From Candidatus Caldarchaeales archaeon (lineage in GTDB: Archaea > Thermoproteota > Nitrososphaeria_A > Caldarchaeales > Wolframiiraptoraceae): 64,000 nt of DNA. How positions within the stretch are numbered: position 1 is the stretch's first letter; each line of letters starts with the position of its first letter. The position numbers were made by a program, and so were the translations under genes. The DNA is taken from assembly GCA_039630055.1 (NCBI GenBank), contig JBCNVN010000002.1, positions 1-64,000 of the forward strand, in the 5' to 3' direction. This document shows, piece by piece, positions 1 through 10,851 of this stretch. The notes under the pieces were generated by a model. It was not told the origin of the DNA and ran no database searches. It saw nothing but the letters and a program-made list of their open reading frames with translations.

Positions 1-78
1 ATACTCTTTTACATTTTTAACTGAATAACCTAGTATTAGGACATCCGTTCTTAGTCAGCTGATCCCATAGATGTGGAA

Positions 79-660
79 CTACTTTGATGTAACATAGGTT
101 ATTAACTGATTCTCTTCGAGAATGCGTTTCAACTTATAGACAGCATCATATACTTCTTTTTCGGTTTTCGCACCAGTACAAACTAGTTTACCGCTCGCAA
201 ACATAAGAATCACGACTTTAGGTTCAAACATTCTAAAGATTAAGCCTGGGAATTCTTCAGGTTCATACATCGTATTTTCGAGTTTGTTTGCTGTTTGTTC
301 TAGGTTTATGTTTCCGTGTAGGTCTATTGATGCTACTATGTTTTGTATTTGTATTTGTGGTTCTTCTGTTATTAGGAATCCTTCTTTTTTTAGTAGTTTT
401 ACTACTGTTTGTACTGCTTTTATTGATTCTTGTTCTGATTTTGCTCCTGTGCATACCATTTTTCCTGATGAGAAGATTAGTGTTGCTGTTTTTGGTTTTT
501 GTAGTCTGAAGACTAGTCCTGGGAATTGGGCTGGCTTATATTCTACGTCTGGGAATGTTTTCTGGATCTGGGCTAGGTCTAGCCTCTGGTTTATGGTTAC
601 GGATGCTACCACGTTCTGGATCTCTACAGATGGCTCAGGAGCCTTTATATATGATGACAT
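79..660 (-). CDS. tbp: TATA-box-binding protein
   Basis: Two TBP repeats: IQNVVAS...YKPAQFPGLVFRL...LIFSSGKMVCTGAKS and IQNIVAS...YEPEEFPGLIFRM...LMFASGKLVCTGAKT. Confidence 0.97.
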   Translation of the reverse strand: MSSYIKAPEPSVEIQNVVASVTINQRLDLAQIQKTFPDVEYKPAQFPGLVFRLQKPKTATLIFSSGKMVCTGAKSEQESIKAVQTVVKLLKKEGFLITEEPQIQIQNIVASIDLHGNINLEQTANKLENTMYEPEEFPGLIFRMFEPKVVILMFASGKLVCTGAKTEKEVYDAVYKLKRILEENQLITYVTSK

Positions 661-1596
661 ATTTATCTACCTTTTTAAACCCATATATAAGGAGGAGTAG
701 GGATTAATAAATCTTTATGGGAATAGGCTTTATTAAAGATACTCTTGGCTTGTCATATAGATCTTTTTAGGGTAAGGTAGGAAAGTGTGCGATAGGGTTG
801 TTGAGCAGGTTCTAGTTTATTTACTTTGATGTTGTATCCGACCACGGGTCACAGTGTTGTATGTTTTATAGAAGATTTTATTAAATTGTGAGTGATAAGT
901 GTTGGTCGACTTGAAAGCTTGTACGGTAAGTGTTAATGATGACAGCGGCATACTTAGTAAATTTTAGAATATAAATTTATGTGAAATTTGTTTATTTTGT
1001 TGGGACCCTGAATGGGAGAGAAGGGTGTGGAACCGAAGAGACGCTTTGAAATTAGACAATGGAGCGATAGTGTTTTAATGGCAGAGTTTGCTAGCAAATT
1101 ACAGTAAAACAGTTTAAATGTGAGGAGATTGTAATAAGATTCCCCCTTCCAAACGATACTTGGCCGTACAGAAAATTCTTGGCCCACATTTACAGAAGAT
1201 ATAGCAAGACCGACTGCCACAATCTCTCTATAGACGATGGAAAGAACTGTGATCGAGGCTGCTCCATAGGAAGAGGGGTGCCTAGTTTCGCTAAGGGTGG
1301 AAAAGTTAATGTGTGGAGTTTTTACTATCCATGTTATTCTTTAGGAGATGTGTGGACCAAGTTGCTGTTTGTTCTCCTTTTCTCGAGATCTATGATTCCC
1401 GAGATATCTTCGTAATTGATAGACATATTGATTGGACGACTGTTATGGTATCAAAATATTCTTAGAGATTTTATTGGGTAGTGGGAGGGATGTGTTAGAT
1501 ACTTGTGGTTCTGAGCATTAAGTGGTGTTTTGGTTTCAGTTTCCTGGATTACTTCTTATAGTTGATATCTAACTTATCTTTGTGGAGGTTTTTCTA

Positions 1597-2004
1597 TTAC
1601 TGTATTGGTTTCCAAACCCTGCCTACTCTGATATATGTCTTTTTTACCTTTTCTCTGAGCCGTGATACTCTTTCAGAAGAGAGTATGTGGATTCCTTCTA
1701 CTAATGCGCCTAGGATTAGTGGATTTGTTTTCCTACTCATTGATTCGATTTCGGAATATGTATAGCCTAAGGCTTGTACTTTGCCGACTTTAGCATTCTC
1801 CAGAATTTCCATTCTTATACAGAATGGCATGTCTTTGAAACTATCACTTATTACGATTACGTCAATATCACTTGTAGGTGTTGGGCCGCTTCTTGAGAGT
1901 GATCCGTGAACTATTAGGGCTTCTACTTGTATTATTTGTGTGAGCCTCTCTTTAAAGAGTTTTACAGCTTCAATCCAATCTCGTGTAGTTTCTTCTTCAC
2001 CCAA
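1597..2004 (-). CDS. Minimal nucleotidyltransferase (MNT, COG1708-like antitoxin); true start may be slightly downstream
   Basis: HGSLSRSGPTPTSDIDVIVI (GS-x10-DxD); overlaps the upstream HEPN gene. Confidence 0.85.
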   Translation of the reverse strand: MGEEETTRDWIEAVKLFKERLTQIIQVEALIVHGSLSRSGPTPTSDIDVIVISDSFKDMPFCIRMEILENAKVGKVQALGYTYSEIESMSRKTNPLILGALVEGIHILSSERVSRLREKVKKTYIRVGRVWKPIQ

Positions 2005-2378
2005 TTTAATATCTCCTCCGCATACGTTATAGAGCGTGCTGACACTTCCTCGTCATAGAATTGGCCTGGATATCCGGATTCGAATGCATTTGGGTATCTG
2101 CTTGGGATGTAGTGTCTATCGAGTTCACGGGCTTTTGAAAGAAACTGATATAGTTCTAAGCTGTAAATATCTCTTAAGGCTTCGAATAATTCTAAGACGC
2201 TATGACCCCATGCTCCTTTCCCATGAGCATGTAATAGTGCTTTAAGAGATTTTTCAGCAGATTGTTGGGCTTGAAATACGGCCCACTCGAAATTGCCTGC
2301 AGAATAGCTGTCTCTCGAGGCTTTAAGATCTCTAACGGCCTGTAGAAACCATCTCTTAGCCTCTTCAAAGCGCTCCAT
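1962..2378 (-). CDS. HEPN domain protein (COG2250-like), partner of MNT
   Basis: AKRWFLQAVRDL, FQAQQSAEKSLKA, GHSV, LDRHYIPSRYP motifs. Confidence 0.9.
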   Translation of the reverse strand: MERFEEAKRWFLQAVRDLKASRDSYSAGNFEWAVFQAQQSAEKSLKALLHAHGKGAWGHSVLELFEALRDIYSLELYQFLSKARELDRHYIPSRYPNAFESGYPGQFYDEEVSARSITYAEEILNWVKKKLHEIGLKL

Positions 2379-3060
2379 GCCACTATAAATTTATGTAATT
2401 CGGTTATTAAGCTTGGTCCTTATACTATTTTATTCAGATTACTCTCTGAGAAACATGGGGGACTAAACCTATTCCAGACGTATTTCCGCGTTTAAGGATT
2501 ATGCGGGTATCTATCGAAAAATAGGGAATATAATATCTTAAAGATCTCTGAAATTTCTGAAACATTGAAAGGATTCTTCATAGAAGCGGGAACACCAGAT
2601 GGAGATGTACTTTGTAAGGACTTTCTTACCACAGCGGTTTCCACGGCTCTTAGAGATATGCTTAACTAAACATTAGAAAACTATGGTCTTCAAAGTTGCT
2701 ATCTCTTATCGACCATCTCCTATAATTGAAGTTTAAAGAGGGGAAAACCTCACACATGTTAGAGAAAATTTTAAAATGCTTTCAGAGAGCTTGAAAATCT
2801 AAATTCTCAAGATTATTCTAAGAAAAGGACACTATCTTAACTCGATGGAGATTCTATGTGATGAAACAGAGGAATAATTTAGCTGATCATTTCTTTAATT
2901 GATAACTCCACCACTTAATTCTCTTTAAGAACTCGTTTCCAACTTCCTACTTATAACAATTTAACTAATAATTTGTTGAATACTATAACTATTCAATCTA
3001 ATATCATTTGGCTAAAGAAAATCAAGAAAATTAGGTCGAATAGCAAAAATTTCAGCAATA

Positions 3061-3465
3061 TTAACTATTTAGAGATTTTTGTTTCAAGTTCTTGGGAAAG
3101 ATCTTTAACATCTTATCTGACATGTATAGGATCTCTCCTTTTTCCAAGACTTCGGAGATAAATCTATTTTCTCTTCTAAACATTTCTAGAAATTCCTCCA
3201 AAGTATATCCTATTGGTTCTAGAGGTAGTTTTAACTGCTCGTTAAACTCTAACAGTAGCTTGATTCTATCGAGAAAAGATTGTTTGAAATCTGCAACGAC
3301 AAGTAGATCTACATCAGATCCCTCATTAAAATCTCTTTTAGCAAACGAGCCGAATAGTATTATCAAATCTGGCTTAAGCTTTTGAATAAGTATCTCTTTA
3401 TATTCTTCTATCTTTGAAAAAATTTCTTCACTTCTTTTAATATCGACTCTGCAGAGTTTAGACAT
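3061..3465 (-). CDS. Minimal nucleotidyltransferase (MNT)
   Basis: IILFGSFAKRDFNEGSDVDLLVV; IGYTLEEF C-terminal motif; overlaps HEPN. Confidence 0.9.
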   Translation of the reverse strand: MSKLCRVDIKRSEEIFSKIEEYKEILIQKLKPDLIILFGSFAKRDFNEGSDVDLLVVADFKQSFLDRIKLLLEFNEQLKLPLEPIGYTLEEFLEMFRRENRFISEVLEKGEILYMSDKMLKIFPKNLKQKSLNS

Positions 3466-3809
3466 GTGGAAGCCACCTCCTTAGTGTAGTATCTGTATGG
3501 AGCACCTGAAGGATAAAAATTTGGATATCTTGAAGCGATATAGTGTCTATCCAGTTCTCTACCATAATCTATAAACTTTTTTAGGTCTTCACTAAACTTT
3601 GAAGCTTCTTCAAGCAAATCCATGACAGAATGTGTAATAATCGCTCTATAACCTTTCAAGTACAAGAGACCTTTCAAAGCTTTTTCAGCTGATTGTTGTG
3701 AAAAAAATGCAGAAGCGTAATAATTTCCACTCTCTAGACAGTCCCTAGCTGTCTTTAGGTCGGCCTCGGCTTGGTCGAGCCACCTTAACCCTTCTTCAAA
3801 ATTCCCCAC
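3408..3809 (-). CDS. HEPN domain protein (COG2250-like)
   Basis: RWLDQAEADL, FFSQQSAEKALKG, THSV, LDRHYIASRYP; paralog of 1962-2378. Confidence 0.9.
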   Translation of the reverse strand: MGNFEEGLRWLDQAEADLKTARDCLESGNYYASAFFSQQSAEKALKGLLYLKGYRAIITHSVMDLLEEASKFSEDLKKFIDYGRELDRHYIASRYPNFYPSGAPYRYYTKEVASTCLNSAESILKEVKKFFQR

Positions 3810-4376
3810 CTAGAACCACCTTCATTCCTAGGACATAAATACGTGGTCAACTATATTGCTTTTCTTCCTCACTGGAACTAACGCATACATATGGCGTTCA
3901 CAGTACTAGTAAGATAGGATCTATTGCTTTCTCCTTTGGCAGTTTTCTCAGCTTGCGACTACCCTGCAACCAATCTGCTTAGGTCTTAACGTTAAGACAT
4001 AAATGAACTGTATGGGCTGCAAATATTCATTCTGATTAAAAGAACCTTGAGAACAAGCCTCGATTTCTTGAATGGGTATCTAGTTTATATGGTCCATAAG
4101 TAGTGAAGCAGATACTTTACACAGTCAAGTAGGTTTTTGACTTTTTCTCGGTTGAGAACATGAAGAATAGTACTTCAGCACCCATTCAGTAGGTGGAATC
4201 TCATTACAATCCATGATTAACCTAAAATGGTATGAGATGTGTGGCATATCCTCAAGTATGCGTGATACTTTTTCCACACATTGTATCTACTTAAGCTTAA
4301 AAGAAATGTTATTTGAGCTTGGATTCTACAGATCCTTTTCACTCTTTCTAAGATCGTAGACTGCTTGAGACTGGTA

Positions 4377-4736
4377 CTAAGTTTCATTCATTGCGATTTC
4401 TTCTAATTCTTGTATCCTATCAAGATACCATTTCGCTTCTTCAAGGTCAGTTATATGGAACTCAAATGGATGAGGAAGTGGGAGATCCGATAGTCAGTTC
4501 TTCTATCTTAACTCTTATCTTCATTCTTTCCAAACCACTTTTTGAAACATTTTTGAGACTATGAGTATATCAATACCGCTTTCACTTGTAGCCTCACCCT
4601 TTAGGATGCTTCCAAAAACGTATATGTGTGCGTCCAATAGAATAGATTTTGTAGCAGAGTAGATCTTAAGAATGTATTCTCTCCAATTTTTAATTATATC
4701 TACTCTCTTCAATAAAACGTCAAGATATCTCTCCAT
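4377..4736 (-). pseudogene. MNT pseudogene with two frameshifts
   Basis: YVFGSILKGEATSESGIDILIVS continues in shifted frames as KSGLERMKIRVKIEE and SDLPLPHPFEFHITDLEEAKWYLDRIQELEEI, stop at 4377-4379. Confidence 0.8.
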
Positions 4737-4800
4737 ATTTTAATATCTGCCTTGCTGGATTTACTAAGACTTCAGCCTCTTCTCTTGAATTGATCAGATT
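4720..4800 (-). pseudogene. C-terminal remnant of a HEPN gene
   Basis: SREEAEVLVNPARQILKYGEIS* overlaps the MNT pseudogene start, the same geometry as the intact HEPN-MNT pairs. Confidence 0.4.
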
Positions 4801-5272
4801 TTGAGGAGAAGCTCAACACTACGAGAATTCAAAACTATGGATGACCTGCTTAATGTCGGTGGCCAGAGAATAGAAGTAGGAAGCCGACTAGAGGTGGATA
4901 TCAATGCTAGAGTCTTGAGTCTCTCGCATCTATTCACTTGATTCTGGGTGTTCTTTTGTATATTTTATCGGTTGATATTATCGTGTAGTATTAAACTTGT
5001 TAAGCATATTGCATCGTAGTATACGTTGAACAATGACTAGGGTTTATATTGAAGATACCTCCGTCCAATAGCTATTGATCATAATTGGTGAAACATATGA
5101 TAGATTTCCCAAAGGCTTGTCGAGAGAGTTAGGAGGGTAGGTGTGTCTATCAAATACATGTGGAGATAAACACGGGCCCTCTGGCATCTATCATAGGAAG
5201 AGAAGAGATTGTGAGTTTTGTAAGATCTTTGAAGAAGAGTCTTTAACCGCTAGGCGTTAGTCAAATTGAGAT

Positions 5273-5606
5273 ATGGGCGTTCAGGTCAAAGTTTAAAATT
5301 TACCGAAAGAGTTAAAGGAAAAAAGCTTAGAGAGAAAATTAGTTAGACTCTGTCGGGAGAACAATATAATTTTCATGGCATTCTTTGGGTCTTTCGTTAA
5401 AAGGAAGCAAAAAAGAGAAGCGATATTGATATAGTGATTGAATTTGAGGAGAATAATGGAAAAACCTCTTTAGACTTAGTTAGGATAGAGGAGGAATTGA
5501 GTAAGATGTTTGGGGGGAAGAGTAGACCTTGGGATTTTTAATAGTCTGAGCTCTTATATGATTGAGGATGCGAATAGGGGTGCGGATTATCTATGAAAAG
5601 AGGTAA
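5273..5606 (+). pseudogene. MNT (COG1669-like) pseudogene
   Basis: MGVQVKV*NLPKE...MAFFGSFVKRKQ / SDIDIVIEFE..KTSLDLVRIEEELSKMFG / RVDLG.. / VRIIYEKR*, with an in-frame stop and frameshifts. Confidence 0.8.
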
Positions 5607-5650
5607 GATATACCTTAACATATCTTAAATGCAATAGTAAATATCAGGGT
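5593..5650 (+). pseudogene. N-terminal fragment of DUF86 (COG2361-like) HEPN gene
   Basis: ATG overlaps the MNT end; reads MKRGKIYL/HILNAIVNI, resembling DUF86 N-termini (MKRDxxxYLxHILxAI). Confidence 0.55.
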
Positions 5651-5740
5651 GTTTTGATTTTTGTCAAGGATTGAAACGGATGGAGACTTAGATGCGTTGA
5701 TAAAGTTCTTAAAATAGAAAAACACTCACCATCCTGAGGG

Positions 5741-7102
5741 GTGGAACCCTTGAATCTAATTATAAAAGACCTAGATCTGATCGTTACGATGGATGGATCA
5801 AACAGGATTATGAGGGAAGCATCTATTGCAATCTCAGAAAATAGGATTGTTGGGATAGGACCTTACAATCAAGTAGCCAAGGATTGGAGAGTGGATGAGA
5901 TTATTGATGGAAGAGGAAAGATTGCCTTACCGGGTTTAATAGACGTGCATGGGCATTCTACGCAAGCTGCTCTCAGAGGATTTATTGAGGATACGCCGCT
6001 CATGCCCTGGCTCAGCTATGTACAAGATTTCTCAATTAGGATGGGTGAGGAATTGGCAGAGATCGGTACTACTCTAACTTTTATTGAGAAGTTAAAATGT
6101 GGAGTAACAACAAGCGTCGATATGGAAGACGATGTGGATATGGTAGCGAGAGTAGTATCCAAATTGGGGTGTAGGGCGATAATAGCTGGAGCTCTATTAG
6201 ATACAGAAGAATTACCCTACTCTGGATTAAGAAAGGTCTCATCTGTCGAAGACGAGGTTAAAAAAGCTGATAACTGGTTCAGAAACTATCATGGTAAAGA
6301 TAATGGGAGAATAATGTTCTTCTACGGCCCGGTAGGGTTTCCTGCAAGCTCAGCTGAACTTTTAAGGGCTTCAGCAGAAAGGGCTAGAGAAGTCGGAACA
6401 CGTATACACACCCATGTGGCTGAAAGTTGGATTTCTAGTGAACTTTGTAAAAAAATACATGGACTTGGGGAAGTTGAATTGCTAGAGAAAATCGGTTTTC
6501 TAGGACCAGACACTCTACTAGCGCACTGCGTACACTTAAATCAAATTGACATCCATCTTATTTCTAAGTATAGAGCTTCAGTAGCACATTGTCCATCGAG
6601 TAATGCTAAATTGGGTAATGGAGTCTGCCCAGTGGTGGAATTAATTTGGCAAGACGTAAACGTGGGACTAGGTTGTGATGGGGCCGCCAGCAATAATAGC
6701 CAAGATCTTTTTATTGAAATGAAGATCGCTGCTCTTCTTCAAAAAGCTTTACATAAAAATTCTGCTATCCTGCCTACACTAACAGTATTAGAAATGTCGA
6801 CGAGAAGAGGGGCTAAAGCCATAGGCCTCGAGAACGAGATAGGTTCTATAGAAGTAGGGAAGAAAGCTGATATAATATTAATTGACCGTAAGAGACCTTA
6901 CCTAATACCTAAAGACAATATAATTTCCCATTTAGTATACACCGTTAAAGGTGATGCTGTCTCAACTGTTATCGTAGATGGAAAGGTAATAATTGAGAAC
7001 CATAAGTTTAGGGAGTTTGATGAAGAGAACTTTTTTGAATATGCGGAATCGAAATTATCAAAGCTCGTGAGAGAATATGAAAAGACTCATCATGATTTTT
7101 AG
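5741..7102 (+). CDS. Amidohydrolase, MTA/SAH-deaminase (MtaD/SsnA) family
   Basis: PGLIDVHGH, IHTHVAES, LAHCVH, HCPSSNAKLGNG, GLGCDGAASNN, GSIEVGKKADII. Confidence 0.88.
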   Translation: MEPLNLIIKDLDLIVTMDGSNRIMREASIAISENRIVGIGPYNQVAKDWRVDEIIDGRGKIALPGLIDVHGHSTQAALRGFIEDTPLMPWLSYVQDFSIRMGEELAEIGTTLTFIEKLKCGVTTSVDMEDDVDMVARVVSKLGCRAIIAGALLDTEELPYSGLRKVSSVEDEVKKADNWFRNYHGKDNGRIMFFYGPVGFPASSAELLRASAERAREVGTRIHTHVAESWISSELCKKIHGLGEVELLEKIGFLGPDTLLAHCVHLNQIDIHLISKYRASVAHCPSSNAKLGNGVCPVVELIWQDVNVGLGCDGAASNNSQDLFIEMKIAALLQKALHKNSAILPTLTVLEMSTRRGAKAIGLENEIGSIEVGKKADIILIDRKRPYLIPKDNIISHLVYTVKGDAVSTVIVDGKVIIENHKFREFDEENFFEYAESKLSKLVREYEKTHHDF

Positions 7103-7351
7103 AACGGTTTCCTCCTCTCGTAAATTTTAGAATACTCTTCTCAGTCTGCATTATGCCATCTCAAAATTAGGATAGACTTGGTAGCTGATCGTCTAGTATT
7201 AAATTGTTCTGTTATGAATAACATAAAATTTAATGTGATTGTTGTTCTCGTAGAAAAGCAGATATGAGATATGCTTTGCCTCTACGATGGACTCACATCG
7301 AGAGAGCTTATTCTATATCAAAAAATAAGAAAAGAAATATTAGGGGGCAAA

Positions 7352-8311
7352 ATGATCTTTGAAAGAGACATTATGAAGCGGAAAGTTATACTCGATATGG
7401 ATCCAGGAATAGATGATGCATTAGCAATTATACTTGCATGTAATTCTCCAGAGTTAGAAGTCTTAGGGATAACTATAGTCAGCGGGAATGTTCATGCCGA
7501 TAAAGGAGCTATAAATGCTCTAAGAACATTAGAATCAATAGATGGAATGAATGTACCCGTATATATTGGGCAGAAAAAGCCGCTGCTAAGAGAACTTTTA
7601 ACAGCAGAAGAAATACATGGCTCAGATGGGCTTGGGGACTCAGGAATTCCCATGCCTCGTAGAGAGCCGGAAAAAAAGAAGGGTGTCGAATTTATTATTG
7701 ATACTGTCATGTCCCATCCTCCCAAGGAGATAACCTTAATCGCCACTGGGCCTTTAACGAATATTGCATTGGCATTTTTACTCGAACCCGAAATAACTGC
7801 AAGAATACGTGATTTAATAATAATGGGTGGAGCCTACAACTTAACCCAATTCGGATTTGGGAATGCAACCCCCGTCTCAGAATTCAATATCTACTGCGAC
7901 CCCGAAGCGGCGAAGATTGTCTTTCATTCACAAGCAAATATAACTGCAGTTGGACTTGACGTCACTACCAATCCAAGTGCAATAATGAACAGAGATCTTT
8001 ACGATAGTATTAAAAAGATGAATACAAGATCAGCAGAATTTGTTGCGAAAATATGTAAAAGGTTGATCGAGTTTTTCGGTGAAGTACAACTACATGACCC
8101 GATGGCTGTTGCCTTCGCGATAGATGAGACTCTCTTCAAGACCACTATGTACGAAGTGAAGATAATCACCAGTGACGACATTACTAGAGGGCAGACGATA
8201 GTTGATAGAAGACCTTATCCATTCATAACTAAAGGAAAACCTAACGTTGATGTTGTATGTGATGTAGATGGGCCAAGATTCCTTCAGCTCTTCACGGACC
8301 GATTAAAGTAG
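7352..8311 (+). CDS. Inosine/uridine-preferring nucleoside hydrolase (IUNH/Rih family)
   Basis: ILDMDPGIDDA, IHGSDGLG, ATGPLTNIA, GNATPVSEFNIYCDPEAA, LHDPMAV. Start placed after GGGGG SD; 7373 is an alternative. Confidence 0.92.
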   Translation: MIFERDIMKRKVILDMDPGIDDALAIILACNSPELEVLGITIVSGNVHADKGAINALRTLESIDGMNVPVYIGQKKPLLRELLTAEEIHGSDGLGDSGIPMPRREPEKKKGVEFIIDTVMSHPPKEITLIATGPLTNIALAFLLEPEITARIRDLIIMGGAYNLTQFGFGNATPVSEFNIYCDPEAAKIVFHSQANITAVGLDVTTNPSAIMNRDLYDSIKKMNTRSAEFVAKICKRLIEFFGEVQLHDPMAVAFAIDETLFKTTMYEVKIITSDDITRGQTIVDRRPYPFITKGKPNVDVVCDVDGPRFLQLFTDRLK

Positions 8312-8440
8312 AGCTTTCAAGTTATTTAAAATAAATAGTATCAGCTGGAAACGTAATTGTTTTAAAATGGTTTCATTGAAAAGGTACATGAAAACTAACT
8401 CATGTATGCGAGATATATGGTCATGAACAGGATGACATCG

Positions 8441-8458
8441 GAGAAAACATTATATAAC
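8441..8458 (+). promoter_or_regulatory. Putative BRE-TATA promoter of the ECF genes (leaderless)
   Basis: GAGAAAACA followed by TTATATAA about 24 nt upstream of ATG 8482. Confidence 0.5.
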
Positions 8459-8481
8459 TCTAAGACAAATAACAATGATGT

Positions 8482-9102
8482 ATGTCCACAGTAAGTGAGG
8501 CTAAAGAGGGTAAAGAAGTAAAGGTTGTCCCTACCGCGGCTAAGGTGATAGCAGTTGTCATGGTCCCAGCGGTAGTCGCTCTAAATTATGTCGGCGGAGT
8601 GATAGTCGAAGTACTTAAACTGCCCATCTGGGGAGATACTTGGGCTACTATGTTAGGAACATTAATCTCAGGGTTCTGGGTAGGTGCTTTGGGAGGATTC
8701 TTATACAATATCGTTATGGCGTTAACGGTCTGGGGATTGCCAGCATGGGTTTGGGGAACCGCTAACATATTGATAGCAGTAATAACTTGGTTATCCATAA
8801 AAATGAAATGGATAAATCTCCGCAAACCTATAACACTGATACCTCCTTTCATAATACTCGGATTCATATACCCAATATATTGTACAGCATTATCGATAGC
8901 GTTATTCGGAGGAGGACCACTTTGGAAGCCCATCCCTGCAGCAATATACAGTGCAACATTAGCCTCAACGGGTAATTTCTGGCTGGCGAACTACGTCCAG
9001 AATGTCTCAACGGAGATACCCGACAAAATACTCTCTTTCATAATTGCGCTAATTATTGCCGGCAGAGTTCCAGAGAAATTCAAGCTTGTTAAGCTTAAAT
9101 AA
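8482..9102 (+). CDS. ECF transporter substrate-specific S component
   Basis: ~200 aa hydrophobic protein, ALNYVGG..LKLPIWGDTWAT, TEIPDK; directly upstream of ecfT/ecfA. Confidence 0.8.
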   Translation: MSTVSEAKEGKEVKVVPTAAKVIAVVMVPAVVALNYVGGVIVEVLKLPIWGDTWATMLGTLISGFWVGALGGFLYNIVMALTVWGLPAWVWGTANILIAVITWLSIKMKWINLRKPITLIPPFIILGFIYPIYCTALSIALFGGGPLWKPIPAAIYSATLASTGNFWLANYVQNVSTEIPDKILSFIIALIIAGRVPEKFKLVKLK

Positions 9103-9104
9103 CT

Positions 9105-9120
9105 ATTTTTTCTTATTTTT
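9105..9120 (+). terminator. T-rich putative partial terminator after the S-component gene
   Basis: TATTTTTTCTTATTTT immediately after the stop codon. Confidence 0.3.
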
Positions 9121-9137
9121 ATCAGTGAGGCTGCGCC

Positions 9138-9983
9138 ATGAGTTCTCTCATCACAAATCTATTAAAGAGAAAAGTGCAAGAACAAGATTCACCGATTCAT
9201 AGAATAGATCCACGTGTAAAATTTTTGTTCTTTTTGTGGATCTCAATCTGGGCATACATATTCCTTGACTATTACATTACGATCTTCTATCTTATCGGCA
9301 TACTGATCCTTTCATACATTGGTAAGACTCTTAAAAGGGTGGTAACAGCGCTCGTAATAGTCATCTTACCCTGGATAGCGGTTGCAGTACCAATCCTAGG
9401 GGTATTATTTCCATGGAACGAAACACCTATTCAGAAAATCCAGATCTTCTCATGGGAGTTTACACTATACTACGAGGGTGTCGCATGGGGAGTCGCTTTT
9501 CCCCTAAGAATTGCTGTCTGTCTCTCTTCAGCTCTCTTCTTTCTCTTCACAACTGAACCAGTTAAATTGATCGCTCTACTTTTCAAACTAAAACTACCTT
9601 TCAGATTTATCTATATGGTGGCAGGCTCGCTCCAATTAACAAGTATATTACTGGAGGAGTATCAGACAATACTCCAAGCACAGAAATCTAGAGGTCTAAG
9701 AACTGATGTAAATATTCTGAAGAGAATATTTACGTATGCTGCAATCCTCATACCGCTAACATTAAGCACTTTGAACAAGGTTCAGATAAGAGCGATCTCT
9801 CTCATGAGTAGAGGTTTTAGTGCACCTGTTGAGAAAACATGGCCATACGAATTAAACTTCAAGTGGCCGGACTACGTATTCATCGCTGGAATAATTCTTC
9901 TTACGATCGTATTTGGATATATCTATATTATGTTTGGGTTCTCACCATTAAGTGGTTTGAAATTCTACTTGGTTGTGGGGTGA
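9138..9983 (+). CDS. ecfT: ECF transporter transmembrane T component
   Basis: SPIHRIDPRVKF, AQKSRG and LMSRGF (XRX) motifs. Confidence 0.9.
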   Translation: MSSLITNLLKRKVQEQDSPIHRIDPRVKFLFFLWISIWAYIFLDYYITIFYLIGILILSYIGKTLKRVVTALVIVILPWIAVAVPILGVLFPWNETPIQKIQIFSWEFTLYYEGVAWGVAFPLRIAVCLSSALFFLFTTEPVKLIALLFKLKLPFRFIYMVAGSLQLTSILLEEYQTILQAQKSRGLRTDVNILKRIFTYAAILIPLTLSTLNKVQIRAISLMSRGFSAPVEKTWPYELNFKWPDYVFIAGIILLTIVFGYIYIMFGFSPLSGLKFYLVVG

Positions 9984-9990
9984 CCATGAG

Positions 9991-10851
9991 GTGAAGGAAC
10001 CGATAATAGTATTCGATCACTTTACCTATTCGTATCCTACAAAACAGAATGCAATAGTTGATGTGGATCTGAAGATATTTCCTGGAGAGACTATAGGTAT
10101 AATCGGGCCTAATGGGGCTGGAAAATCTACCTTGTGTAAATCATTAAACGGTTTAGTGCCACATTTCTATGGAGGAATTGTGAGGGGTAGAGTCTATGTA
10201 GCAGGGGTAGATACACTTGAAACTACTGTCGATAAACTATCATTGAAGGTCGGCTTGGTCTTTCAAGAGCCTGAAGCACAACTATCAGGTCTCGCAATTA
10301 CAGTAGAGGACGAAGTCGGCTTTGGATTATCGATGCTGGGTGTTGATCCGAGAATAATAAGAGAGAGGGTTAAGGAGGCTTTACGAATAGTTGGACTTGA
10401 AGGTTTCGAGAAGAGATCACCACTCGAACTTAGTGGAGGAGAACAACAGAGATTAGCGATAGCCACTGTTCTAGCTATGAAACCTGAAATAATAGTCTTA
10501 GATGAACCTGTAGCTCTGCTAGATCCAATAGGAAAATATCAGGTCTTGTCTACTGTTAGAAAGCTGGCGGTAGAAGAAGGATTAACTGTAATAATTGCTG
10601 AACATGAGATCGAAGAACTTGCTAGTATAGTTGATAAGATCATAGTCTTATATGAGGGGAAAATATTATCAGTAAACGATTCGAAAACTGTTTTAAGTGA
10701 GGTGGAGAAACTAAGAGCGATCGGTATTGATCCACCATCAATAACAGAGCTTATGTTCATGCTTAAAAATGAATTGAATATAGAGCTCAATGAACTTCCT
10801 ATAACATTATCCGAAGGATTAAGAATACTTCGAGAGATGATCATGCATTGA
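9991..10851 (+). CDS. ecfA: ECF transporter ATPase A1
   Basis: GPNGAGKST, LSGGEQQR, VLDEP; GTG start after GGGGTGA. Confidence 0.9.
   Translation: MKEPIIVFDHFTYSYPTKQNAIVDVDLKIFPGETIGIIGPNGAGKSTLCKSLNGLVPHFYGGIVRGRVYVAGVDTLETTVDKLSLKVGLVFQEPEAQLSGLAITVEDEVGFGLSMLGVDPRIIRERVKEALRIVGLEGFEKRSPLELSGGEQQRLAIATVLAMKPEIIVLDEPVALLDPIGKYQVLSTVRKLAVEEGLTVIIAEHEIEELASIVDKIIVLYEGKILSVNDSKTVLSEVEKLRAIGIDPPSITELMFMLKNELNIELNELPITLSEGLRILREMIMH

Noticed and set aside
263-700. ORFs 263-454, 284-700 and 288-509 overlapping tbp
   Set aside because: By-products of the extreme A/C codon skew suppressing stop codons; low-complexity products.
954-1415. Short ORFs between tbp and the first MNT
   Set aside because: No recognisable motifs; probably decayed DNA.
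2467-2669. Start-less open frame ...IEAGTPDGDVLCKDFLTTAVSTALRDMLN*
   Set aside because: May be a gene remnant, but I cannot assign any family.
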